From Mytilus edulis (lineage: Eukaryota), in assembly GCF_963676685.1 (NCBI RefSeq), contig NC_092346.1, positions 82,708,001 to 82,772,000 on the forward strand: a stretch of DNA of 64,000 nt, given 5' to 3'. The position numbers and the translations under genes are program-made. Shown in pieces: positions 1 through 11,600 of this stretch (positions are counted from its first letter, which is position 1; every line of letters starts with the position of its first letter). The notes beneath the pieces were generated by a model. The model saw nothing but the letters and a program-made list of their open reading frames with translations, was not told the DNA's origin and did no database searches.

Positions 1-340
1 GTAAATGCAGGGACAACATTTGGTTGCCGCCCGCCCGACTTACATCCCCAAATCAATAACCAACATTTTTGTCACAAAAATCAGGTTAAAAATGACCACG
101 TAATTGATAGTCATGTCAACACTAAAGTGCTGACTACACGTTGGAAAAGCATATAATTGAAGATTAAGTTTCCCCTGCATCTCACCATTTAACACTTTTG
201 AAAGCAGTCTGAACTTGACTGAATAATAAACTTTTATATTATATGCACAATAATAAAGGCATGAATGCATCTAAATATATTTTATTTTCTCTTAACAGAG
301 AAACAAAATGTCAATGACAACAAAACACAAATGAGTGAAT

Positions 341-597
341 CATACCTGCCAACTTTTCAAAATGCCCATGGGGGTTTTACGTGCAAGATGGTTCTTATAG
401 TCCTACAAAACCTTCAAGAGGGCCCTCAAAATATCTTAATGTTGTTTTTTTTGGCTTCTTCATAATTTTACAAGCCTATAGCAATTGTAAAATTAATTGT
501 TTGTTTACAATTTTGGACAAAATTACACTTTCAAAATTTCTATTTTGGAGCCTCCATGGGGGAAATCCCCCGTAAATAGTGACAGTTGGCAGGTATG
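341..597. mobile_element. MITE with 14-bp TIR and 6-bp TSD
   Basis: CATACCTGCCAACT ... AGTTGGCAGGTATG, flanked by GTGAAT at 335-340 and 598-603. Confidence 0.85.
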
Positions 598-1020
598 GTG
601 AATAATCAGTCATCAAAAATGAATATAACTATATTAAAGGAATTAAAAAGATTTATCTATTCTTTCTTTATATGTCCAAATTAAATTAAAACATGGTTTT
701 GAATTAATGTTTACTTTTATCTTTTGAATTTTGTATTACAGAATTACCAAAAAGGTGATCCTGCCCTGTCAATGTCACCAAGAAAAAAATTGTAAGAAAT
801 TTTAAATCTATAAATACAAAATCCTTATTGAATCGAATGTTGGGGGACGACATTTTCATTTACTAAATCACCATTTCATTAAATTGATGAAATAAGTTAC
901 CTTTAGCAGCGCAATCATAACTGTCAAATTTTAGACTGTATAGTGAACATGGTGAACGTGTACTTTTTTTAAATCTTTAACACTATTTGTTTAGTTGTTT
1001 TATATAAGCAATGTCATATA

Positions 1021-1199
1021 CAGTACAACCTGCATAATCCAACACCTGAGTATTCCAACATCCTGCTTTAATTGACACATTTTCATGATTGCCAAAATAT
1101 GCCTATCCTTGCAGAAAAAACCCTGAATTTTCTGACAAACTGCTTAATCCAACATTATTTCCTGATCCCCCAATGTTTCAGATAACACAGGTAACACTG
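1021..1199. mobile_element. Degenerate pogo/Tc1-mariner-like MITE
   Basis: TA|CAGTACAACCTG ... CAGGTAACACTG imperfect TIRs. Confidence 0.5.
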
Positions 1200-1990
1200 T
1201 TATTCAAAATCAGACAATCTCCATAAAAGCAAAAGGGCGCTTACTTCACCATTCTTAACAGTGTCATAAGATTTCACTTTTTGTACAAAGTGTAAATGGT
1301 CGAATGAATGAATGGTTGTATGTTACAATATGTTCCATTTAACTTTTTAAAACATTTTTGGGGCTCATGTTATTTTCTATTTAAAAATTTCAGATTAAAA
1401 TTTATAATGATATGACACATTTATAGATTCATATGATGATAGACTGTAAAAACATATTTGACTATAATAGAAATAGTTTCAAAACAGATCATACCTATTC
1501 CTTTCCTATAATTAATTATCCTTTTGTTTTTAACTATCTTCCATGATTTATCACATAAGAACAAAAAATCAATTTAATAAACAAAATTTGTTAGCCGAAA
1601 GACAATAATGTTTTGAACTATGAATCAAATTTATGGATGCATAAATTTTTAAAAAAAAATTGCTCATTTAAAAAAATAATATAGCCTGAATATATCTGGT
1701 TTTGCCTTAACTACATAGTGACTAACATAATATACAAAATTTACAATGTTTACTTCAGGTTCAACATCTCATTGCACAACCCAGTAGGTTTTGGCACAAA
1801 CGACAAAAAAAACAACAAATTAATAATATGGGAAGAACAAACTTTGTTTCCATTTGAGATCAGTAAATATAATCATGAATGGAAAAAACAAATAAAATGG
1901 ACAGTGTGTAAACAGGTATATATTCCTATCCTTGTTAAGATAGAGTGAGACCATCATTTAGACATAATATAAGAAAGAAATGTGAATGTA

Positions 1991-2198
1991 CTGTGGATTC
2001 ATTATTATTCGTTGGATACCAATTTTCGTGGATTTCGTGGGCACAGTCAAACCACGAAATTAAATATTCAACGAATGATAATTTTTCTATAGGTTTGTAT
2101 GCAGACTTCAGCAAAACCACGAAATTAAATATCCACGAATATGCAAGTTTTTCTTAATCCACGAAAATTGGTACCAACGAAAATAAATGAATCCACAG
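1991..2198. mobile_element. MITE with TA TSD (Tc1/mariner-type)
   Basis: TA|CTGTGGATTCATT...TTCGTTGG.TACCAATTTTCGTGGAT ... ATCCACGAAAATTGGTACCAACGAA..AATGAATCCACAG|TA. Confidence 0.85.
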
Positions 2199-2389
2199 TA
2201 AGTGCTAAATTACAGAATGGTATCAATATGGTAGAGTTATGTGAAACAATTAAACTCCATCAGACAAATAGATTTGAAAATGTTGAGCATGGTTGATGAG
2301 AATTCTAACTTTTTAAAATAATTTCTACATTTGCTTTGACCTTCATTCCTTGCACTCTTCAATAAAACTTTTAAATAAATGGCAATGAC

Positions 2390-2852
2390 TGATGGATTTG
2401 TGACCTTGTTGGTTACCTACTATAAATTTGTGGCTTGGGTGAATCTGATCAACGATTTGTGGCTTAAATGGCTGCCCATTATGGATTTGTGGCTTTATAG
2501 GCTGTCTAAAATGAATTTGTGTCTTAAGTGACAGCCTATTACGGATTTGTGTCTTTAGTGGCTGCCTAGAAGGATGTATGGCTTAAGTGACAGTCTTATA
2601 TGGATTTGTGTCTTTAGTGGCTGCCTATAATGGATTTGTGGCTTTAGCAACTGCCTACAAGGATTTGTGGATTAAGTGACAGTCTTATATGAATTTGTGG
2701 CTTTAATGGCTACCTTTAATGAACTTGTGGCTTAATTGACAACCTATTATGGATTTGTGGCTTTATAGGCTGCCTATAAGGGATTTGTGGCTTTTAAGTG
2801 ACAACCTTTTATGGACTTGTGGCTTTAATGGCTGCTTATGGATGGATTTCTG
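2390..2852. repeat. Degenerate ~30-bp minisatellite (~15 units)
   Basis: GGATTTGTGGCTT(T/A)AGTG(G/A)C(T/A)GCCTA..AT units of 29-30 bp, partly alternating two variants. Confidence 0.85.
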
Positions 2853-4191
2853 ACCTATATGAATGAGAAAATACGGAGATCAAATGATAAAGAAACAGTA
2901 AATATAGATAAATAAAGAATAATGTTTTAGGTTGTTGAACAGCCACTCAAAATATTAATAAAACAATATTTTTATTCTAGCATTCATAAATAATATATTT
3001 TTTTTTTTGGTATCAATTTTTCAATTTACCTCTTTCCTTGTGAATAAAAAATTATCTTTAGAATTAAATTCAATATACAATATTTGATAAATATATCAAA
3101 TGTCAAAAAATGCTATGAGATAGTCTATTGAAAAATAAGTTGAAGGTGCTGGTAAGTCAACCTCACTGTCAGAAGTCATTAGTTTTAAGACCAATGGTTA
3201 TTATTCTACCATATACAAATCAACATGAAAGAAACTATGTTTAATATCCATTTTTATCTTCAACCCAAATAATATTTCATAATCAGCTTACACAGAATAT
3301 TACATTTCAGACAATTTATGTATTTCACAAAAATGAAAAAAAAAAACATGCTGAGGAAAAATAAAAATCATACAAGTCACAAAATATAAGATAAATTGGC
3401 ATATGAAAATAGCAATGAAGAGTCATCTCAACTTGAAATAATTGGCAAGATAAATCAAACTTATTAACAAATCTCATTGGCATATTCTACATTATATTCA
3501 CTTTAGAAAAAAATAGACAATATCTTAATCAATTGTTTGATCAAATCTATTATAACATAACCAATTGGTGGAAAAACATACAATTTGTATATCAAGAAAC
3601 ACACATTACACATTTGTATTAAAATTAACTATCATTGATTTAAACTTTTATTGACCATAATACAATAACATATAATTTACAAGGACAAAAATAATTCAAG
3701 AATTCATGGCTTGTTAGGATTTCTAAATTTTCCGTAAAATCCTCTACCTTGATGCATGGACAAAACAATTGGGCTACATTTTTGTAACTTTTCAAATGAT
3801 AAAAACATTGCTGCCTTTCATGAATATAAAATTTATTATTTTATTCATTCTTTCATTCTTTCCTTTTCACACATGTCTAAGTTCTCTTTCAAACATACTT
3901 TGAGTTCAACAGACATTCATACATACATCTTGACAATTTATAGTAAAACACTAATTTCTACAGTCCAAAACTCTTGAGGAACAAAAAAAAATGTAATATT
4001 CCATAGAACACTCAAATAAAGGGCTATACCTAGGACAACATGAAATGACCACAGCAGCTAGCAAATACAATAAAAAAAATTAATAGTGACTTAATCATCA
4101 TGAATATTGAGCCTTGGGGCAAGCTGATATTCTAGCTGATGAAGTAAGTGAAAAAAAAAACATTTTTATTTTTATAAATCATTGGTCATTT

Positions 4192-4342
4192 AAGGAATGA
4201 CTGTAACATTTTTTCTGTCTATAAAGAAATAACATAAAAAATTTGGTGTACACTGAATAATGCGTGCAGCGAGTTATTTAACAGTGTGCACCACAGTTTT
4301 TATGTTATTTCGAATAGACAGAAAAAATATTAGTCATTTCTT
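4192..4342. repeat. ~150-bp imperfect palindrome (core of an interspersed element extending to ~4485)
   Basis: Left arm AATGACT..ATTTTTTCTGTCTAT..GAAATAACATAAAAA..TGGTGTACACTG mirrored by CAGTGTGCACCA..TTTTTATGTTATTTC..ATAGACAGAAAAAATAT.AGTCATT. Confidence 0.75.
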
Positions 4343-5487
4343 GTAATTAAATTCCATTTTAAACCGTAGAAAACCATGAAAAACCGTTGATGACGTCACA
4401 GTCACATGACTAAATTATGTCTATGGGCTGATAACAAAATAACATCTGCCAATCAGAAGACGCGTTACATCCAAAACTAAATTATTACTTCATGATTTGG
4501 TGTGGTTTTGAATATGAGACTACATGAAATAGCTGCCAAAACTGTTTTGGAGAGTTTAAAGCATTGTTAAAATTGTTTGGTTGAATCAATGAAGATGCAT
4601 ACTTTTCATTGTTAAATTGACATGGACTGACATGAAGATGTAAAGATGTTGCATTGTTATGTGACATTATTACTTGATATTTTCCTGTATAACTTCCTAT
4701 CCTTGATCTAACAATCTAATAAGGAAGTAGGATCAAAGTGAAAATGTATAAATTGCAGATAGTTTTTCTCTTCCTTATTTACATGAAATGTATTTTTATA
4801 AATAGCTTTTTATTTGATGAAAATTGAATAAAAAAAAACAACATATTACAGACCTTGTGACAATCTGTAATTCTAGCTGCTTTGGTAGTGTTCCCGTATG
4901 TTCTAAGTAAGAGTTACAATTGCAAGAATTGGAATTTATTCATAGACTTTAAAGAAACTAAATCTTTTATCAACAGGTAATAAAAACATTTACATGTTTT
5001 TTGTTTATAATTATTTTTTTTTAGTTTGTAACTAAAGTTGGAATTCTTAAAATCAATTTGGTCATATATTTTTGTCCATAAAGACTGCATCAAATTTATA
5101 AATGATTGCACAACTTGGTATAAGAGTTATTAAATAAAACAAAAGTCTATAGATTTCAACAAAATCATTTGCTAGCATTTGAAATTGTTACACTGGCTTT
5201 ATGAATTATTACAATTTACATTTATTCCAATACAAGTTTTAAAACTTTTAGTGAACTGTCTTTTATTGCAAATAAAAAGAACATTATTCAACTATTCTTC
5301 TTAAAAAAATTCACATCTACGAATCCAAAGAAGTCATTCCAATAGTCCTCTATTACAGTTCTCAGAAATTCAAGTATATATCAATATGTAGATTAATGCA
5401 TACAAAAACTGGAAAGAAAACATTTTACAACTCATGCATTCTTTGATCACCATTCATACAATTAAAATCACAATATTGAAACATACA

Positions 5488-5656
5488 TCAAATACTTTGC
5501 AAACAAAATATGGCTTCATGTAAAATAAGTCCAATGCTTTTTAATAAACACTGTATTTGGCTGTAGTCATTAGTTACAGTTGCTAATGGTAACAAGTTTT
5601 TAATGGAAGACGGAAGTTCCTCTGTATTACTTTCTTTTAAAATAGAGTAATGAGAT
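5488..5656 (-). CDS. M28B-like gene last coding exon
   Basis: ctttacag|(R)SHYSILKESNTEELPSSIKNLLPLATVTNDYSQIQCLLKSIGLILHEAIFCLQSI*; phase 2 matches exon 11; candidate minus-strand AATAAA at 5262-5267 and 5221-5226. Confidence 0.82.
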
Positions 5657-8600
5657 CTGTAAAGAAACAAAACAACATTTTAAGTTTCAATTTTAAACGT
5701 ATTTCATCAACTACCTAATACTTACTGTGCATTCAAGCAATGTGCTAGTTCTTTATATGTGAGAGGTAACAATGAATGATACAAGCTATGTTTCATGCTT
5801 ATAATTTGACTGCACAAATCTGTTTATGAACTATCTTTTTTCTGAAAATATCTTCATAGGAAAAAATTAATTAATGAAAACAATATAATATGGTTTTTGC
5901 TCTTATCTTACTATTGTTTCATTTTATTTACCTACTGGCTTTAGATTTTTAAGTTTAATATTCATCAAAATTAATTGAGATATTTTCTGGATGTATTAGT
6001 TATTTCTTGTTTCATTTGGCTGCTGTGCTTTAACATTTACCTCACATCTCCTTTTATTCATTTTCATACTGAGTCACATTATCCCCATGGTTGTAAGAAT
6101 ACAGAGCAGAAAACTATATACAGGTTCTTTGATGTCGTTTGAACAGACTGAATTCATTTATTCAAAATAATCCTTAAAATAAACAGTGAATGACTGGGAA
6201 AGACTTAACAGTATGAAAATGCTTTGATTATATATGAACTTTGATATTTTATACTCTTTCTATTTTCATATACAGAGAATGTGTTGATTGACCTATAGTT
6301 TTCAATACAGAAAAATACTTTTAGATCTATGGAAAAAAAAAACCTTTATAGTAAGGTCAGGTTTACATTTCTCTTTCATGCAAGTTTTTTTTACCATTTT
6401 TATTACTGTACCAAATAACTAAGACTTTTAAGAAAGTGAATTAGTTCAATTTGATTCTCATGGTCCGAGAACACAATTATTTTGTAGTGCATTTCTTTTA
6501 GAACATAAATAAAAATTAAAAAAATCCCACTTGCGCTTTCTCAAAGAAACTTTTACAGTGTGTTGTACTACTTTTGGGACAAATTATATCAAAATTATAG
6601 AAAACTTCATCGTCTCTAACTCAAAATATTGACAAATTTATGTTTAGGGCGTCTTGAAATCTTTTGACAGCTTCTGAAGTGCTAATTTTCAATCTTTTTC
6701 AGGTGGACCAAATCACTACTTTCCTTTAAAATTCTGGACCCAAATTTTTTTACAATGTAATTTCACCCCCCTACTTGCAATTTGAGGCATTAAACATGGA
6801 GAAATAAATTTGGAAGGGGTATAAAAATTAATGGCAAGTAACCCACTGTCAACACTAGGGACTATATTTGTGAACAACGAAAATCAAGGGACGACAATTG
6901 TGGTCTGGGACCTCATGTGTATATATGAATCAGTAAACTCATCATATCATAGATGCCAGGATTAAATTTTGTATTTACCCCAGACATGCATTTCGTCTAC
7001 AAAAGACTTATCAGTGATGCTCAATTCCTAAAAAGTTAAAAGGGCCAAATAAAGTACAAAGTTGAAGAACATTTGAGGACCAAATCTGATCTTAGAAATA
7101 GAGTTATCTTTCTTAGTAGGTTTATTTGTCATGTCCTAGGAAGTGTTGTGTATTGATTACAAATTATGATTTAAAGAAACCAGAGTCATATATGACCCAA
7201 AACTAATCATTCTACAAAATCACTGTAACTAAAAAGAAAAAAAAGGCAACTAAAATAAACTGGTATAAAATCTAGAAAAGCTATTCATAAAATTATAACC
7301 AAAAATTATAACCAAATATCAGTTCAATATTCTTAAAGAAGGTTGATAATGCGGGTAATAAAATTACATGGCTTCACAATCTTTGGTGATTCTTCAACTG
7401 GAAACCAATTTCAATATATGCACTTAATTATTCATCTATCAAAATATGAGTTCTTCAATATTATTGAATTAATTACCTGTATTTATTTGGCATTAATAAA
7501 ATTCTCTGTAATTTCATTATTGCATCATTAATTCTTCTCACTGCTAAACCATCCTTGGATTTTAAAAGTTGTGGAATGTATTCGGTAAATGTCTTTCCTG
7601 CATTCTTCAATTCAGTCACCTTTTCTACTATAATATCTGAAAAGGTTTATTATCATTAATTGGAATTTAGTTTATTTGATTAGTTTTATACTATGCACAC
7701 ACAAGAAAACCAGCATAGCCATCAATTAGAGGGCAACTCAGTATTAAAATAAACTTATAAAAGTTCTGGATCAGCCACTGTACAAGAACTAGAACATAAC
7801 GTAAAAAATTACCAGAAGTTTGAAGGATTGAGTCTTATAACTCTTGAAAGACAAGTCGATAAGAAATTTTCAAAGAAAGTTTACTTTCTCATTGCAACAG
7901 TTGGCCAATGTTTCAAGTAAATCAATCTGAGCAAATTCAAATATACAGCTTTTTTATTATCTTAAATCTGACAATTAACATTCTGTAACTATAGAAAACC
8001 ACATCAGAAAATTATGAAAATAAAAAAGAAGCTTCCTTTTATTAATACCAACAAGCACAGCATACTTTATAGTGTATGATATGTGAAAATTGTATAAATC
8101 TGACGTTAAAAGTTCCATAACTCTAAAACAAAAAGTAAACCATTTCTTCAAAATTAAAATTATAAAGGAGTCTTTTTTCCACCATTTCAAATATTTCATG
8201 CAATTTTCATGTTTTTAAACAAACCATTTTTGTATTTTTGTTTGACATGTGAACTGACAGACAAACAATGGTTAACAATAATACATACCAGCTATGATGA
8301 GCATATAAAATAGTATACATAAAGTGTTTATTATTGCAAAAGAATAATCAATCAAATAGATCTATACAATTTAAAAGAAATGACTGAAAAGTTCATTTAA
8401 AATTTAAAAAATTTCAAAATTCTGTTCACATTATATTAAGAGATTCACTGAATTTGTTTTGGGTTTTTTTTTGTGAAAAAAAATTAGGTTAAAAAAAAGA
8501 AATATACTAAAATTTAAAAGCTTACTGTAATGACTGTGTTGCATAGCAAAACTAAAAAAAAATTAGGGCTCTTTATACATCAATCAAAATCAATTTGATT

Positions 8601-11600
8601 CAAACAGACATTTTTTAAAAACATGTAATTAAACTACTATATTTACCTGTACTTAAAAGTTTTGAACTGCTTTCTTTTATCAACATCACAGTTCTAATTA
8701 TAGCATTATAAACTTTACTAGTAAAGAAGGTTATATTGAATGGAAGAAGTTCCTCATCCAAAAGTCTTAGTGTTACAAGGGAAGCAACTCTTGCTGCTGC
8801 TAGACTGTACATGTGATGATGATCATCGTCTGATGTCTGTGGAAATAACAAATATATTATAATGCATACAATATTACTGCTCGTGAATATAATATCTAGT
8901 AATTCTTTTGGAAAAGTTAAAGTAATACTAAAACAAAATGTAATTCCTTTTTAAAACTAATGACATTCAACCTATATTTAAAACTATTCATCTCATAGTC
9001 ATAAATCTCTTGTTTTCAGTAAATCTTATTGCATGGCAGATAACACATATAGTTAAGTTTTTTATTGTAACTCTAACATTATCTTTCTGAACATTAAGGT
9101 TATTTACCTGAGTAAGGTTATTTGTCTGTGATACAGAAGCATGAAAGACTGGTACCCCAAACTGTTGGATCCTTGTCTCTGTTTTCATACTGTGTAGCAA
9201 ACCATCCCATGTGTTCTCTAATACTAAATTATCGTTATTTGGATCTGGAACCTGTCATGTCAGATAAAAAATAAATTGTACAATTGTGTTCTAGATAAAA
9301 ACATATTGGATCCAAGTTTCACCAAAAATGTCCATTGTTTTTTGGACTGGAAACTTAGACCACATGCATTGACAAGAAGATCTTTTAACCAATGTCTATT
9401 GAAACATTTTACTTATCTGATTTGACTATACAGTTTATTTGAGCCTGCACTCTATGTTTCTTAGACCTTAAATTTGGTAGTAATTCTAACGAATTTGTCA
9501 ATTTTCATGAAAACCTCAACTTTTCGGTTGTAAATATCAATGCTTTAAAAGAAAAGCTACACAAATAAGTTCTAATTCATTTCCTTACATGTCTTTTAAT
9601 CATCCATTTGAAACATTTTTATCTTCAAACAATGGAATTAATATTTGGGGTCAAAAAAGATTGTTACCAAACTTACTCCTTTAAATAGGAGTGCATATTT
9701 TCCTTGTTACTCAGACCAAGAGTATATGTTTCAGTACTGCCATACTTCAAAGCATAATTATGTTTCAGAACTGTCATACTTCAGAGTATATGTTTCAGTA
9801 GTATTGCCATACTTCAGAGTATATGTTTCAGTACTGCCATACTTCAGAGTATATGTTTCAGAACTGTCATACTTCAGAGTATATGTTTCAGTACTGTCAT
9901 ACTTCAGAGTATATGTTTCAGTACTGTCATACTTCAGAGTATATGTTTCAGTACTGTCATACTTCAGAGTATATGTTTCAGAACTGTCATACTTCAGAGT
10001 ATATGTTTCAGAACTGCCATACTTCAGAGAACCAGGGCTCTATAATATGCAATAAAAGGTAAGTTTCTGCACACTGAAGTAAGGTACGTTTTTGATTTAA
10101 AAGGAATGCTCCTTCATTTGAACTTAAAGCCAAACAGCTATGAATGCTTGAAATTGTAGAAATGAATTTAGAAATCAAGGATTGATTGATTGTGGGTTGC
10201 TTAACGTCCTAGAAATCAAGGAGGCTATGAGTTATATTTATTATTTCACAAACACTTCCATACAATGTCTCTTTTTGAAAATTCAGTGTCAACACTTAGT
10301 ACATGCATATACTAGGAATATGCTTACTTTGCAAGACTTTTTTGATTTACTATGTTAAAGTTCTTTTCTATGTATCCAAGCACATTCCACATTGAAATGG
10401 AGAATTTGTCACACATATATCTGATTTACCAGTATGGTATGTGTGACCATGTTTTATCCTTGCTTCCTTACCTCCTTTACCACACTGGTGACAAGATCAG
10501 AGAACATTGAACTTCCTGCTAAGTGTAACCAATGGGATCCATTATTGATCTGTCCAAGGTCAAGGTCAATGTATGCTACAGCTGAGGATTGAGTGGACAT
10601 AGTCTGCATCTATAGAGAATATGAAAGTGTCTTTATGATTGAATACTCTCATTTACATTTTGAATGTGCAGGCATGTCAAATATTTAATTGTATATAATA
10701 CTTTTTATTGGTATGTCAGTATGTTAAGTGTAAAGTTTTAGAGTTACCTAGGATTTTAGTAATTAGAAACATGCTTCAATTATGTTGAAAGTTGTATTAT
10801 GTACCCACAATTTTAAGTTTATAAATGTATAAAGTATTATCATTAGTTTCAAGGAGATGGCTGCTGTTGCAGAAACCCTATTGGACACCAATATACCTCA
10901 ATTATCTCATCAACTTCTAGTAACTACAAATATTGTTCAATCATATTAAAAATTGTACATTGTGACATTTTTACATTTGGTAAACATATAAACATATAAT
11001 TGTGACTTGGATGAAAAGTTGTCTCATTGGCACTCATACCACATCTTATAATATCTATATGTTATATAATTTTAGTTTCAGGGAAATGGGTGTTGTGGCA
11101 GAAGCCCTAATGGACACCTGGTTACCCCAATAATCTCACCAACTTTATATTCTGTATTGATTGCTGATATAAACTGGTCTCTTTACCTTTAGGTACTGAC
11201 TAAAACCCAAATCTGAGATGCCATCATGGTCCCAGGAACAAAATTTCACACTTCTCCATGGAGTCCATCCATTTCCTCTCTGCATGTCTTTAAAACTTCT
11301 GGCTAGCTCTAACAGGTAGCTGGTACCTACTTGTAGATGTGATCTAGAGGCTCCAATCAGGATAAATCTATCTGTAATACATAAATGTTATGAATGAAAA
11401 AAATGTTTTCATCTATAAAGAAATATATAAAAAATAAATTAAATAGCATTAACTATTACTTGTTAATGTCTCAAATATTTAATTCACTGATAGACAATGG
11501 GATCAGTCTGCTCAAGTTGTGTTTGAAATTGTTTCAAGGAAAGTTTTTTAAGGTTATTTCTGATTGAATAAATCTAAAACATTTCCATTTAACTGAGGTT

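Noticed and set aside
2390-2852. Possible decapeptide-repeat (mussel foot protein-like) coding exon
   Set aside because: Units of 29-31 bp break the frame, stops occur, and no frame resembles AKPSYPPTYK.
4136-4155. CTGATGA…GAAA as another hammerhead
   Set aside because: No stem II, stem III or stem I pairing.
7477-7636. Calling the M28B gene a true TFRC ortholog
   Set aside because: The TfR RGD transferrin-binding motif is absent from the helical domain, and orthology needs a phylogeny, so no gene symbol is given.
9645-10062. Repetitive ORFs (YFRVYVSVLS)n and (MFQYCHTSEY)n
   Set aside because: By-products of a stop-free 30-bp minisatellite in an intron of the opposite-strand gene.
10843-11150. 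Two ~75-bp diverged copies (10843-10918, 11072-11148) that translate as Cys-containing peptides
   Set aside because: Substitutions are mostly non-synonymous and there are no convincing splice sites; probably an old intronic duplication.
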